A stretch of DNA of 61,736 nucleotides from an uncultured bacterium. GTDB taxonomy: Bacteria > Patescibacteriota > Minisyncoccia > Phycocordibacterales > PALSA-1337. Within the stretch, counting starts at the first letter, position 1, and every line of letters begins with the position of its first letter. This document shows positions 46,446-56,293 of this stretch, piece by piece. The stretch is taken from positions 1-61,736 of the forward strand of contig CAIVGA010000055.1 of assembly GCA_903905325.1 (NCBI GenBank), in the 5' to 3' direction. Position numbers and translations under genes: made by a program. The notes beneath the pieces are model-generated. The model ran no database searches. It was not told the DNA's origin and was given only the letters and a program-made list of their open reading frames with translations.

Positions 46446-48053
46446 ATGAATGACAAACCGAATACAGCCAAAAACACTGCCAACGGTGAGCCCAAATACA
46501 TCCCTACTATCGGCTTAGAAATCCACGCCGAGCTTGCGACTGCTTCCAAGATGTTTTGTTCCTGCAAGAATGATCCCGATGAAGAAAAGCCAAATGTAAA
46601 TATTTGTCCGGTTTGTATGGGTCACCCTGGTACACTTCCGGTTTTGAACAGAGGCGCCATCAAGCATGTTCTTAAAATGGGTGTAGCTGTCGGCGGAACT
46701 CTCGCCGATTTTACAGAATGGGATCGTAAGAATTATTTTTATCCAGATATTCCAAAAGGTTATCAGATCAGTCAGTACAAATTCCCTCTCGTTTCTGGCG
46801 GTGATATTGGTGGTGTCGCGATCGAGCGTATTCACCTCGAAGAAGATACAGCCCAGTCTACACATGACACCGGAGACAAGAGTCTTGTTAATTTCAATCG
46901 TGCAGGTGTGCCTTTGATGGAACTTGTCACGAAACCTGTTATTCATGACGCGGCTACAGCAGTGAAATTTGCCAAGGAGTTACAACTTTTACTTCGATAT
47001 CTCGGTGCTGGTGAAGCTAATATGGAAAAAGGCGAAATGCGTGTTGAAGCCAACATTTCTGTAGCAACTCCAAAGAATACTGCACTCGGCAAATTTGGCA
47101 CAAAAACTGAAGTAAAAAACCTCAATTCATTCCGTACTGTAGAGCGTGCTATTGCTTTTGAAATTGAACGTCAGACAGAAATTCTAGAAAATATTGAGCG
47201 TAAAATTGCGGATGGCGAAAGCTTGGAAAGTATAAAAAACGACGGCACCATCGAAAAAATTGTTCAGGAAACTCGTGGTTGGAATGAATCAAAACAAGAA
47301 ACTTACTCTCAGCGAAGCAAAGAAAGTTCTCATGATTACCGTTACTTCCCTGATCCTGATATTCCAAAGATGAAATTGTCAGAAATTACAGAATTTGGCT
47401 TAGAAAAACTGCGTGCAGAACTGCCAGAATTACCTTGGATCAAACGTGATAGATATAAGAAAGATTATGGTATGACTGATAAAGAAATAGCTGTATTCGT
47501 GGAATCTGTTGACTTGGATAAGTATTTTGAATCTATCGTCGCCGGATTTGCTGGTGAGACCAAGAAAGCGAAGCTTGCAACCAATTATTTGCTGACAGAT
47601 TATCTTGGGCTACTTAAGGTTAATAAATCAAAAGATGTGAGTGGCGGCGCTGACGACACAACTTCCCTATTTAATATTAAATCTGCACCTTCACCAGCTT
47701 CATTCGCCGAACTTATTTCCATGATTGCTGCTGGAGAAATTTCTTCACGTGGCGCGAAGGATACTTTAGCTTTACTCGTGAAAGAAACATTAGAAAAGAG
47801 TGGTAGCGATACGGTAAAAAATATTTCCGCAAAAGCTATAGCCGAAAAAGCTGGCCTCTTGCAGAAATCCAACACCGCTGACATTGCTCCTATTATAGAA
47901 AAAATAATTGCCGATAACGCTTCGGTTGTCGCTGAGTACAAAGCCGGCAAAGCTGCTTCCCTCCAATTCCTTATTGGTCAAGCTATGAAAGCAACAAAAG
48001 GCTCTGCAAACCCAGAGGTTGTTAAGAAAATTCTATTAGAAAAACTTGCGTAA
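46446..48053 (+). CDS. gatB: Asp-tRNA(Asn)/Glu-tRNA(Gln) amidotransferase subunit B, with two insertions
   Basis: IGLEIHAEL, CPVCMGHPGTLP, NRAGVPLMELV, DYRYFPDPDIP, and a C-terminal YqeY-like domain. No gatA or gatC adjacent. Confidence 0.93.
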   Translation: MNDKPNTAKNTANGEPKYIPTIGLEIHAELATASKMFCSCKNDPDEEKPNVNICPVCMGHPGTLPVLNRGAIKHVLKMGVAVGGTLADFTEWDRKNYFYPDIPKGYQISQYKFPLVSGGDIGGVAIERIHLEEDTAQSTHDTGDKSLVNFNRAGVPLMELVTKPVIHDAATAVKFAKELQLLLRYLGAGEANMEKGEMRVEANISVATPKNTALGKFGTKTEVKNLNSFRTVERAIAFEIERQTEILENIERKIADGESLESIKNDGTIEKIVQETRGWNESKQETYSQRSKESSHDYRYFPDPDIPKMKLSEITEFGLEKLRAELPELPWIKRDRYKKDYGMTDKEIAVFVESVDLDKYFESIVAGFAGETKKAKLATNYLLTDYLGLLKVNKSKDVSGGADDTTSLFNIKSAPSPASFAELISMIAAGEISSRGAKDTLALLVKETLEKSGSDTVKNISAKAIAEKAGLLQKSNTADIAPIIEKIIADNASVVAEYKAGKAASLQFLIGQAMKATKGSANPEVVKKILLEKLA

Positions 48054-48065
48054 AATTTTCGCACT

Positions 48066-49037
48066 TTACTTCGCCAACCTCTTTGCCAATTCTTCACCAA
48101 GTTTCTTGATCGACGCGTCGTCGAGTACAGACACCGTCAAAATATCTTTATTATATTTTGCTAACTTCTTTTTTGCAGCAGTAACAGCTTTTGCATCAAC
48201 TGCATCCGTCTTCGTCAAAATAATAACTTCAGGTTTTTCATCGAGTCCATCACCAAACTTCTTGAGTTCTTCACGAACAGTTTTGTAAGTGGCAACTATA
48301 GCCTCGTTCTCAAGTGAGACTAGATGAATGAGCATTTTGGTTCTCTTAACGTGACGGAGGAATTTGTGACCAAGACCACGACCTTCGGCGGCACCTTCGA
48401 TGAGTCCTGGAATATCCGCGAGAATATATCCTCCACGCAAAGCACCGAGGTTCGGATCAAGAGTCGTAAAGGCGTAGCTAGCAACTTTGGCATGCGCATT
48501 TGTAAGTGCATTGAGAAGGCTAGACTTACCAGCATTTGGAAGTCCGATAAATCCAGCGTCAGCGATAATGTTAAGTTCTACGACGAAGTCTGCCTCCTCA
48601 CCTTGAAAACCATTGGTTGACTGCTCTGGACGAACATTGGTCGAAGCCTTGAAGTGTTCATTACCCAGACCACCCTTTCCACCATGAAGAATTTTAGAAA
48701 CTTGACCTTCCTCAAGAAGTTCTACGACACGGCTAGTTGTCTCATTTCTAATAATAGAACCGATTGGTAAATCTATATAAAGATCGTCACCAGACTTGCC
48801 TTGTTTACTCTGGTTCTGACCATCATCACCATTGGCTGAAGAAAAAATCTTTGTTGTTTTGTAACGAGCAAGAATATCAATATCGCGAACTGCACGAACA
48901 TAAATATCACCTCCATGACCACCGTTACCGCCAGCAGCACCAGCAAATTCACGCCCCTTTTCATGGCGCCACCTTACAACTCCAATACCGCCGTTCCCAG
49001 CTTTTGCATGAAACTTTATTTCGTCGATGAGAGCCAT
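48066..49037 (-). CDS. obg: GTPase Obg/CgtA
   Basis: FHAKAGNGGIGVV..R.EK....GG..GG.GG.GG.IY, G1 GLPNAGKSSLL, ADIPGLIEGA, TKTD. The start is set at MALIDEIKF. Confidence 0.93.
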   Translation of the reverse strand: MALIDEIKFHAKAGNGGIGVVRWRHEKGREFAGAAGGNGGHGGDIYVRAVRDIDILARYKTTKIFSSANGDDGQNQSKQGKSGDDLYIDLPIGSIIRNETTSRVVELLEEGQVSKILHGGKGGLGNEHFKASTNVRPEQSTNGFQGEEADFVVELNIIADAGFIGLPNAGKSSLLNALTNAHAKVASYAFTTLDPNLGALRGGYILADIPGLIEGAAEGRGLGHKFLRHVKRTKMLIHLVSLENEAIVATYKTVREELKKFGDGLDEKPEVIILTKTDAVDAKAVTAAKKKLAKYNKDILTVSVLDDASIKKLGEELAKRLAK

Positions 49038-49157
49038 GGGATGATTATATGGAAATTTGCAGTAATAGCAAGGAGGTGTTGGGTTTTTGTCATTAGAACA
49101 TGTGTACAAAATATTTCAATATTGACCGTAGACTTTTTTAGTATAAACTTATGAAGT

Positions 49158-49352
49158 ATGTTATATAGATTTACTCGAATTACATACCATCAAACTGATA
49201 GAGTTGCAGAAATCTGTGGCAATCTAGGAGTCGTCTGTGTTGCATCAATTGTATTACCGTCGATCCTTAATAATTTCTATATTTTACCAACCCTTCTTGG
49301 TACCGCGCTTACCGGAATATTTATTGGATTAAGTGTATATTTATCAAAATAA
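49158..49352 (+). CDS. Small 2-TM membrane protein (64 aa)
   Basis: ORF-track entry with hydrophobic segments LGVVCVASIVLPSIL and LLGTALTGIFIGLSVYL. Confidence 0.4.
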   Translation: MLYRFTRITYHQTDRVAEICGNLGVVCVASIVLPSILNNFYILPTLLGTALTGIFIGLSVYLSK

Positions 49353-49365
49353 TCTAAAAAATACT

Positions 49366-49482
49366 ATGACCGACATACTTATTGCATACCTAATACTAGC
49401 AATCATTGCTCTCTGTATTGTCCTTATGACTTTACCAACGATGATCGCACGAAGAAAAAAAGATTACGAAAAACATCACTAA
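49366..49482 (+). CDS. Possible 38-aa single-TM micro-protein
   Basis: MTDILIAYLILAIIALCIVLMTLPTMIARRKKDYEKHH, starting 14 nt after the previous stop. Confidence 0.3.
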   Translation: MTDILIAYLILAIIALCIVLMTLPTMIARRKKDYEKHH

Positions 49483-49486
49483 CTTT

Positions 49487-49570
49487 ATGCTAGAATTTTA
49501 TATATTAGGTGCACTTCTTTTTATTGCAGCAGCTCTTGTAATTATCGCTAACAAAAACAAGGGTAGGTAG
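49487..49570 (+). CDS. Possible 27-aa single-TM micro-protein
   Basis: MLEFYILGALLFIAAALVIIANKNKGR, starting 5 nt after the previous stop. Confidence 0.3.
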   Translation: MLEFYILGALLFIAAALVIIANKNKGR

Positions 49571-49571
49571 T

Positions 49572-49886
49572 TTATGCTTTAACGTAGACCCATGCAGATA
49601 TCCCGCTTCTTAATTTAACTGCAATCCTGACATATGCCACTGTTTCATATTCATCAATTCTTTCGAGCTCTGACTTGGCTACTTGCATAACTCCCCCAGT
49701 AACTTCTCCATCATTATCCTGAATAATAAGTGGGAATACTTCATTGTCTATTATAATTTCAGATATTTTATAACCAGGTAAAATATCTGGTGCCATATTA
49801 ATTGAACGACCACAAATTTGTTTTTGGATTTTCTTATCCTTTAATGTGCCGTAAACAAATAAATTTTCTCTATTTTCCAACTCCAT
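49572..49886 (-). CDS. Gamma-glutamylcyclotransferase-like (AIG2/GGACT family) protein
   Basis: ENLFVYGTLKDKK...G......Y..... is the typical FVYGTLK start of the fold. The start at MELENRE overlaps the secA stop by 17 nt. Confidence 0.65.
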   Translation of the reverse strand: MELENRENLFVYGTLKDKKIQKQICGRSINMAPDILPGYKISEIIIDNEVFPLIIQDNDGEVTGGVMQVAKSELERIDEYETVAYVRIAVKLRSGISAWVYVKA

Positions 49887-52569
49887 GACACTTCTTATAC
49901 TTTTTTCCACTTCCACACGGACACAAATCGTTGCGACCAACTTCTTCGACTTTTGCAGCGCCAGATTTTGAGCCCGCGCCACCGGAATTTGAGCCACCAT
50001 TAGATCCATCTCCAGCACCAATTATCTGCGCATTATCATGAATCTCTTTGAGCTCAGCATCTTTTACGCCAGCCGCATTTACCACACCAGTATTACCGGC
50101 AGCCATAACTGGCACGATATGTGGTAAAAGTTTTAATACTTGCTCACGCATAGCACCTTGCATTTCACGGAAAAGACGAAGGCCTTCCCTCTTATACTCA
50201 ACAAGTGGATCGCGCTGACCATATGCACGCAAACTTACTGAAGAACGAGTGTGATCCATAACTTCCAAATGCTCAACCCAATACATATCTATCGTTTGCA
50301 AAAGTACAATGCGAGCTGCATTCAAGAAAGCTTCGCGACCGAATTCAGAAATCTTCTTTGAGACAAGATCATGAGCTAATGCTTCACTGCTAAATTCCGG
50401 TATTTTTGTAGAAATCATTCCAGTTGCCGCTGCGGGTGCATCAAATCCACCAACACCATTTCCTATCACCTCATTCAATTCCTTCTCAACATCATCAATA
50501 GAACCAAGCAAAAGCTTACGGCGACGTGCGTACACACTCGTACGTTGTGAGTTTATGATGTCGTCAAATTCGAGAACATGTTTACGAGAGTCAAAGTTGA
50601 AACCTTCGATTTTTTCTTGAGCAGTTTCGAGCGACCTCGAAATAAGTTTGTGCTCAATTGGCTGATCTTCAGCGACACCAAGCTTACCCATCATTCCTTT
50701 CAACATATCAGATGCAAAAACACGCATCAAAGTATCTTCCAGAGAAACGAAAAATTGTGTAGCACCAGGATCTCCCTGACGACCCGAACGACCTCGAAGC
50801 TGATTGTCGATACGACGAGCTTCATGGCGTTCAGTTCCTAGAACAAATAGGCCACCAAGTTTTTTGACCTCATCAGAAAGTTCTGGAGTAGCTGGAATAC
50901 CACCTAGCTTGATATCAACTCCACGACCAGCCATGTTTGTAGCAATAGTTACGGCACCTTTACGGCCAGCCTGAGCCACAATCTCACCTTCACGTTCGTG
51001 ATTCTTGGCATTCAACATTTCATGAGGAATTCCTTGAGCTTTCAAAAACTGTGACAAAAGCTCATTCTTTTCAATAGAAACTGTACCAATTAGAACTGGT
51101 TGACCAGCGTCATGCAAAGTCTTGACCTCACGAGCAATGGCTTTGAATTTGCCAATTTCTGTTTGGAAAATTTGATCATTACGATCCTTACGAACTGTAG
51201 GTTTGTTGGTTGGAACGATGGCAACTTCGAGTCCATAAACTTTGTAAAATTCTTCACTAGAAGTTGCAGCTGTACCAGTCATACCAGATAACTTTGGATA
51301 CATACGGAAAAAATTCTGGAAAGTGATAGAGGCATATGTGCGAGATTCTTGTTGAATACTTACACCTTCTTTGGCTTCAATGGCTTGGTGCAAACCTTCT
51401 GACCAACGACGGCCAGGTTGCATGCGTCCGGTAAATTCATCCACGATAACAATCTCATTGTTCTTCACTACGTATTCCTTGTCTTTATGGAACAAGGCTT
51501 TGGCACGAACAGCGGTTTCGAGGTGATGCACAAATTTAATTCCTTTGTCAGTGTAAATATTTTCTACACCGAGCATTTTTTCAGCTTTGACAATACCAGG
51601 GTCTAGCAAAGTGACAGCTTTTCGCTTTTCGTCTTTTGTATAATCAACATCTTCTACGTAACCAGACGTGAGTGAAGCAAATTGTCTATAAATAGCTTCG
51701 GCATCGCGAGTTGGTGCAGAAATAATAAGTGGCGTACGAGCTTCATCAATCAAGATGGAGTCTATCTCGTCAACGATTGCGTAATTAAATTCACGCTGAC
51801 GTAATTTGTCGGCACTATATTCTAGATTGTCACGGAGATAATCAAAGCCGAATTCGTTGTTGGTACCATAAGTAATATCAGCAGCGTAAGCTTCACGACG
51901 AGAGCATGGTCGGAGGAATTCATGAACAACTTTGAAAGAACCGAGTTCATCGCGCTCTTTATCTAGTGCATCAACTTTTTCGCTGGTTTTTGCGTCAGCT
52001 GGTTTGGTGGCTGATTCTGGTGCAGTTTTTGTTTCCGGTGCGGCCTTGTGTGCCGGATCGTATAGTAAACTTGATTCATGATTGATAACGGCAACACTTA
52101 GTCCGAGGGCGTTGTAGATTTGTCCCATCCAAACAGCATCACGACGTGAAAGATAATCGTTCACAGTAACAATATGCACACCCTTTCCTGTTAAGGCATT
52201 GAGATAAGCTGGCAATGTGGCTACCAAAGTCTTTCCTTCACCAGTACGCATCTCAGCGATTGCTCCACTATTCAAAATCATTCCACCAATAAGTTGCACA
52301 TCAAAATGTCTCTGACCAAGAGTTCGTCGAGAAACTTCACGAACAACAGCGAATGCTTCTGGAAGAATATCTGCGAGAATAGCCTTTTCTTCGTCAAGAT
52401 TTTTTGCACCTTTCAATTTTGCTTGGAATTCGGTGGTCTTGGCCTTTAATTGGTCGTCAGAAAGAGCCTTGATTGAATCTTCAAAGCCGTTAATCTTGGC
52501 CACCAAAGGTTGAAATTCCTTGATGCTCTTGGTGTGAGTTGTGCTGAAAAAACCCTTTAAAAATGACAT
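49870..52569 (-). CDS. secA: Preprotein translocase ATPase SecA
   Basis: MRTGEGKTLVATLPAYLNAL, DEIDSILIDEARTPLIIS, TNMAGRGVDIKLGG, and the C-terminal zinc motif CPCGSGKKYKKCHG. Confidence 0.97.
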   Translation of the reverse strand: MSFLKGFFSTTHTKSIKEFQPLVAKINGFEDSIKALSDDQLKAKTTEFQAKLKGAKNLDEEKAILADILPEAFAVVREVSRRTLGQRHFDVQLIGGMILNSGAIAEMRTGEGKTLVATLPAYLNALTGKGVHIVTVNDYLSRRDAVWMGQIYNALGLSVAVINHESSLLYDPAHKAAPETKTAPESATKPADAKTSEKVDALDKERDELGSFKVVHEFLRPCSRREAYAADITYGTNNEFGFDYLRDNLEYSADKLRQREFNYAIVDEIDSILIDEARTPLIISAPTRDAEAIYRQFASLTSGYVEDVDYTKDEKRKAVTLLDPGIVKAEKMLGVENIYTDKGIKFVHHLETAVRAKALFHKDKEYVVKNNEIVIVDEFTGRMQPGRRWSEGLHQAIEAKEGVSIQQESRTYASITFQNFFRMYPKLSGMTGTAATSSEEFYKVYGLEVAIVPTNKPTVRKDRNDQIFQTEIGKFKAIAREVKTLHDAGQPVLIGTVSIEKNELLSQFLKAQGIPHEMLNAKNHEREGEIVAQAGRKGAVTIATNMAGRGVDIKLGGIPATPELSDEVKKLGGLFVLGTERHEARRIDNQLRGRSGRQGDPGATQFFVSLEDTLMRVFASDMLKGMMGKLGVAEDQPIEHKLISRSLETAQEKIEGFNFDSRKHVLEFDDIINSQRTSVYARRRKLLLGSIDDVEKELNEVIGNGVGGFDAPAAATGMISTKIPEFSSEALAHDLVSKKISEFGREAFLNAARIVLLQTIDMYWVEHLEVMDHTRSSVSLRAYGQRDPLVEYKREGLRLFREMQGAMREQVLKLLPHIVPVMAAGNTGVVNAAGVKDAELKEIHDNAQIIGAGDGSNGGSNSGGAGSKSGAAKVEEVGRNDLCPCGSGKKYKKCHGVGK

Positions 52570-52590
52570 AGTAAGAGCACTCTAGCATAT

Positions 52591-53676
52591 TTACCCCACC
52601 CATTCCACCTCCGGCTCTATAACAATCCCAGTTTTTTCTTTGACTCGAGTAATGAGTTCATCTGCCACAGCTTTTACGTCTACGGCTTTTGCTCCAGGCT
52701 TAGCAACTAGAACGAGAGCTTGTTTTTCATAAGTTCCAGCATTACCGATCATGAGGCCGCGGGCATTGCAGGCTTTATCAAAAATCCAACCAAGCGAAAT
52801 CTTTACACGTCCGTCTGGCTCTGGAAAGCCTGGCAAAGTAGGATACTTGGCTTTCAACTCTGCAAATTTCACAGCAGAGACATATGGATTTTTGAAGAAT
52901 GACCCGGCAGTTCCCAATTTTGACCAATCTGGCAATTTGCTTGTGCGAATTTCGACTATTGCTCGACGCATTTCCGCGATGGATGGCTTTAGAATTTTCT
53001 TGTCATTAAAATAATCACGTGTGTCTTTGTAATTCATTGTAACATCGCCTTTCTTGGACAATTTAAATGTGACACGAGAAATAATATAACGACCAGGTTC
53101 ATGTTTGAAAATACTGTCACGATACCCAAATTTACATTCAGTATTTGAAAGCTCAACAAATTTTGGCATAGCTGGGTCAAAATCTTTTGTATCAAGAGCG
53201 CGCACTGAAGATATTGTGTGAGATGCTTCAGCTCCATATGCACCAATATTTTGCACAGGAGTAGCACCAACTGTTCCAGGAATTGCAGACAAATTTTCTA
53301 TACCAAAAAGTCCACGGTCGACAGTATATGCCACGATATCATCCCAAATTTCACCCGATCCAGCTGAAACAAATTTGAAGCCACTTTCAGAAGTAACAGA
53401 TTCGATATCCAGTTCCGTGGTCACACCTCGGATTTCATTTTTGATAATGAGTCCAGGAAAACCATCATCCGAAACTAGAAGATTTGATCCACCACCGAGC
53501 ACAAAGAATGGCAAATGCGCGCCTGATGAAGTTGCGTCGGTTATACCCTTCTCATGTGCAAACTTTACCGCCTCAACCAATTCTTCCTCATTTTTGACAG
53601 TACAAAAAAATCGAGCAGGTCCGCCGATTTTGAAAGTGGTGTATGCAGAAAGTGGGATATTTTCTTGAATGATCAT
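52591..53676 (-). CDS. murB: UDP-N-acetylenolpyruvoylglucosamine reductase
   Basis: PLSAYTTFKIGGPARFF, VLGGGSNLLVSDDGF, GA.PVQNIGAYG, AGSFFKNP. The start is set at MIIQENIPL. Confidence 0.92.
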   Translation of the reverse strand: MIIQENIPLSAYTTFKIGGPARFFCTVKNEEELVEAVKFAHEKGITDATSSGAHLPFFVLGGGSNLLVSDDGFPGLIIKNEIRGVTTELDIESVTSESGFKFVSAGSGEIWDDIVAYTVDRGLFGIENLSAIPGTVGATPVQNIGAYGAEASHTISSVRALDTKDFDPAMPKFVELSNTECKFGYRDSIFKHEPGRYIISRVTFKLSKKGDVTMNYKDTRDYFNDKKILKPSIAEMRRAIVEIRTSKLPDWSKLGTAGSFFKNPYVSAVKFAELKAKYPTLPGFPEPDGRVKISLGWIFDKACNARGLMIGNAGTYEKQALVLVAKPGAKAVDVKAVADELITRVKEKTGIVIEPEVEWVG

Positions 53677-53832
53677 TGTTTTTGCGCCCAATGATGGCGA
53701 CGGGTGCGAGCTCCAAATAATATGTCTAAATATAATGTGAGTACAACCGTCGCCGTCATTTGGTACAATCCGATATTATTATAGCGTGAGTAGGACAAAA
53801 ATGGAATATATATTCTATTTTTGTCCCCTACA

Positions 53833-53857
53833 ACGCAAAAGGCCGCCGAGGGCGGCA
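53833..53857 (-). terminator. Terminator of the O-antigen-ligase-like gene
   Basis: The minus strand reads GCCGCC-CTC-GGCGGC followed by CTTTTGCGTTG. Confidence 0.7.
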
Positions 53858-53949
53858 CTTTGCGAGACATTTATTGGAAGAGTGCCCACAGGGTACTCAC
53901 AGTACAAATATATCATATTTGACCTCACCTATCAAGAATAAATTGTGGA

Positions 53950-56196
53950 TTATTTCTTTGCCGCTTCTGCCTGTAACTGCTTTATAGCCTGGTTGGCTTG
54001 ATCAGCATAATCTGGGAAGTCCGTAGCAATACCCTGAAGAGTAGTAACGGCATCACCGATCATCTTTGCTGCATACTGAGCTTGTGCGAGTTGTAGACGC
54101 GCGTTAGCGTCCTTTGGATTATTGGAAGCTAATTTTTGGTATATTGCGATAGCTTTTGTATCTTGTTTCAATGAAGAATAAACCTGAGCAATAACCGAAT
54201 TCTCAAAAACATTTGGATCATCTGCGAACAATGTATGGGCTTCTGCTTCCTTTCCAGAAATAATCATTGTTGCAGCATAAGCAATTTTTGCCTGAGTATA
54301 ATCTGGGGCTGATTCATAAGCATGCTTCAGAAGTGCTACAGCTTGATCAACCTTACCAATATTGACGTAAGTCGAAGCCAAATCGAAATCTATACTCTGC
54401 TTCTCAGGTGATAGAGTATGAGCCTTTTCTAAAAGTGGAAGCGCCTTATCAAAAGCTCTAGTCGAAGTGTAGAATGACCCAGCAAGTGTATATATTCGAG
54501 CATCTTTTGGTGTAGCGGCGATTTGGTCAGCGATAACTTTATCCGCAAGAGCAGAGAAAGCTTTTTGAATAGTGCTTGGGAATTGACCTCCGATAATATT
54601 TGGGGCGCAAGTCAATGTTTGCTCACGAGCCTCCTGGTTTGCCATGTAACTTCCAATGTCCAATGTCGATTCAAATGCTTTAACATCTGGCACGACACCT
54701 TGTGCACCTTGACATGTTTGCAATGCAGCAATGAGTGACGTGTTGGCTTGAAGTGGAATAATATTCAAGAAATAAACACCAGAAACCAATACGATAACTA
54801 TAATTGGAGCAATGACATAAGTTATAGCATCGACAGAATATTCTTTCACTGAAAAAAGAGGTGCAACTTCTTCCTTTTCTCCCGCAGATTCCAAAGATAA
54901 GAATGCCCCAAATCCTAACAACGCGAAGAATGGTACATAACTCGCCAAGTTATCGAACACGAATATGTTGTTAATAAAATATCCGGCCAACAAACCAGTC
55001 AGTACTGATTTGGATGCCAACGAAAGTTTGGACTTCCATAATACATATAAGAACAATACGTAAAGTGAAAGATATGTGATCAAACCAATAAAACCAGACG
55101 CAACTAACCAATCAAGGAATACGCTGTGTGCTCTGTCGAACCATTGTTCTTGACCATACATTGCGGGACTATAATTGGCGTTGAAGATATAATTGAAATT
55201 TTCCTGACCCCAACCAAGAACCGGTCTTTGTGTAAAACCTTTCAAAGCCATAGGCCAAATATAGGCACGACCTTCTGACTTGAACTCTGATAAAGAAATA
55301 GAAGTTAGACGACCCAAGGTTTCATTCTTGGCAATAATAGGATTGGTGCGATTGAGCCAAATAACAGAACCTATCAAAATCACAGCAGCAATCAATCCAC
55401 CAGAAACCCATCGCAAAACATTAGTCTTTTCTATATTTTTACCAGCGACATCTTTACCAGCAAAAATTGTATATAAGGCCAAAGTCAAAAGTATTCCGCC
55501 ACCAAAACCGAGAATGGCTCCGCGAGTAGCTGTACTATACAAAATCACAGCAAAAAATATTGCCAAAATTACATAGACCCATTGAGTTGCTTTTGAAGCA
55601 GCCATACGTGCTCGCACTGATAAAAACATATATATAGCCAGAAAGGAATGGATCAGCATGTAGACAGCCAAGTATGCCGCATTACCAAGTGTTGAATCGG
55701 GACGAGTCGAGCTTTGCTCCATAGCGATCTTACCAGCCCATTGCAAAGCTCCGCGTCCTGCAACCCATGTTGCAACTATTATGGAGGCGATAAACCAACG
55801 ATGCCACATTTTCTTTCCCTCTTCTCCTTGACCAAAAGTATATGTGAGAGCCATGAAAAACATCCAAAGGTGCGCGATGACAAGCCAACCCTCCATACGT
55901 TCAAAGTTTGACCAAATACTACGAAGTGGATTTACACCGAGCAAATCTGCTACCAAAGCCACAACAGCAAATGCTGTAACTCCGAGAGTTAGCATATTTA
56001 GTTTTGGTCTATACTTAGCGTCTAGGAAGGCCAACAGAATCCATCCGGCAAAGGCAAATTCAACTATAATGCGAAAATAGAATGCTTTTCCAGTAATAAA
56101 TGGAAAAAAGAGAGAATTGGCAACCAGAACCGGGAAAAGGACAACAGCAAACAGAAGTACTATGGTTAATCTGCGGGTTAAGGATTTTATTGACAT
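53950..56196 (-). CDS. O-antigen ligase/polymerase-like (Wzy_C) polytopic membrane protein with C-terminal TPR repeats
   Basis: About 12 TM segments including ..ATRGAILGFGGGILL.. and ..FDRAHSVFLDWLV.. (Wzy_C-like loop). The last ~250 aa are Ala/Tyr-rich TPR-like repeats. Confidence 0.75.
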   Translation of the reverse strand: MSIKSLTRRLTIVLLFAVVLFPVLVANSLFFPFITGKAFYFRIIVEFAFAGWILLAFLDAKYRPKLNMLTLGVTAFAVVALVADLLGVNPLRSIWSNFERMEGWLVIAHLWMFFMALTYTFGQGEEGKKMWHRWFIASIIVATWVAGRGALQWAGKIAMEQSSTRPDSTLGNAAYLAVYMLIHSFLAIYMFLSVRARMAASKATQWVYVILAIFFAVILYSTATRGAILGFGGGILLTLALYTIFAGKDVAGKNIEKTNVLRWVSGGLIAAVILIGSVIWLNRTNPIIAKNETLGRLTSISLSEFKSEGRAYIWPMALKGFTQRPVLGWGQENFNYIFNANYSPAMYGQEQWFDRAHSVFLDWLVASGFIGLITYLSLYVLFLYVLWKSKLSLASKSVLTGLLAGYFINNIFVFDNLASYVPFFALLGFGAFLSLESAGEKEEVAPLFSVKEYSVDAITYVIAPIIVIVLVSGVYFLNIIPLQANTSLIAALQTCQGAQGVVPDVKAFESTLDIGSYMANQEAREQTLTCAPNIIGGQFPSTIQKAFSALADKVIADQIAATPKDARIYTLAGSFYTSTRAFDKALPLLEKAHTLSPEKQSIDFDLASTYVNIGKVDQAVALLKHAYESAPDYTQAKIAYAATMIISGKEAEAHTLFADDPNVFENSVIAQVYSSLKQDTKAIAIYQKLASNNPKDANARLQLAQAQYAAKMIGDAVTTLQGIATDFPDYADQANQAIKQLQAEAAKK

Positions 56197-56293
56197 AAGG
56201 TATGTTGGCTAATAAATAATTAATATGACAAGTACTATACCATACAGTGCTATGCTAGAATAGCAAAACGAAGGAAAATCACATAAACAGTTT

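Noticed and set aside
53673-53870. 65-aa minus-strand ORF in the murB upstream gap
   Set aside because: It spans the terminator, the AT hairpin and the promoter. Its composition is implausible and it overlaps the murB start. The region is better explained as regulatory or non-coding.
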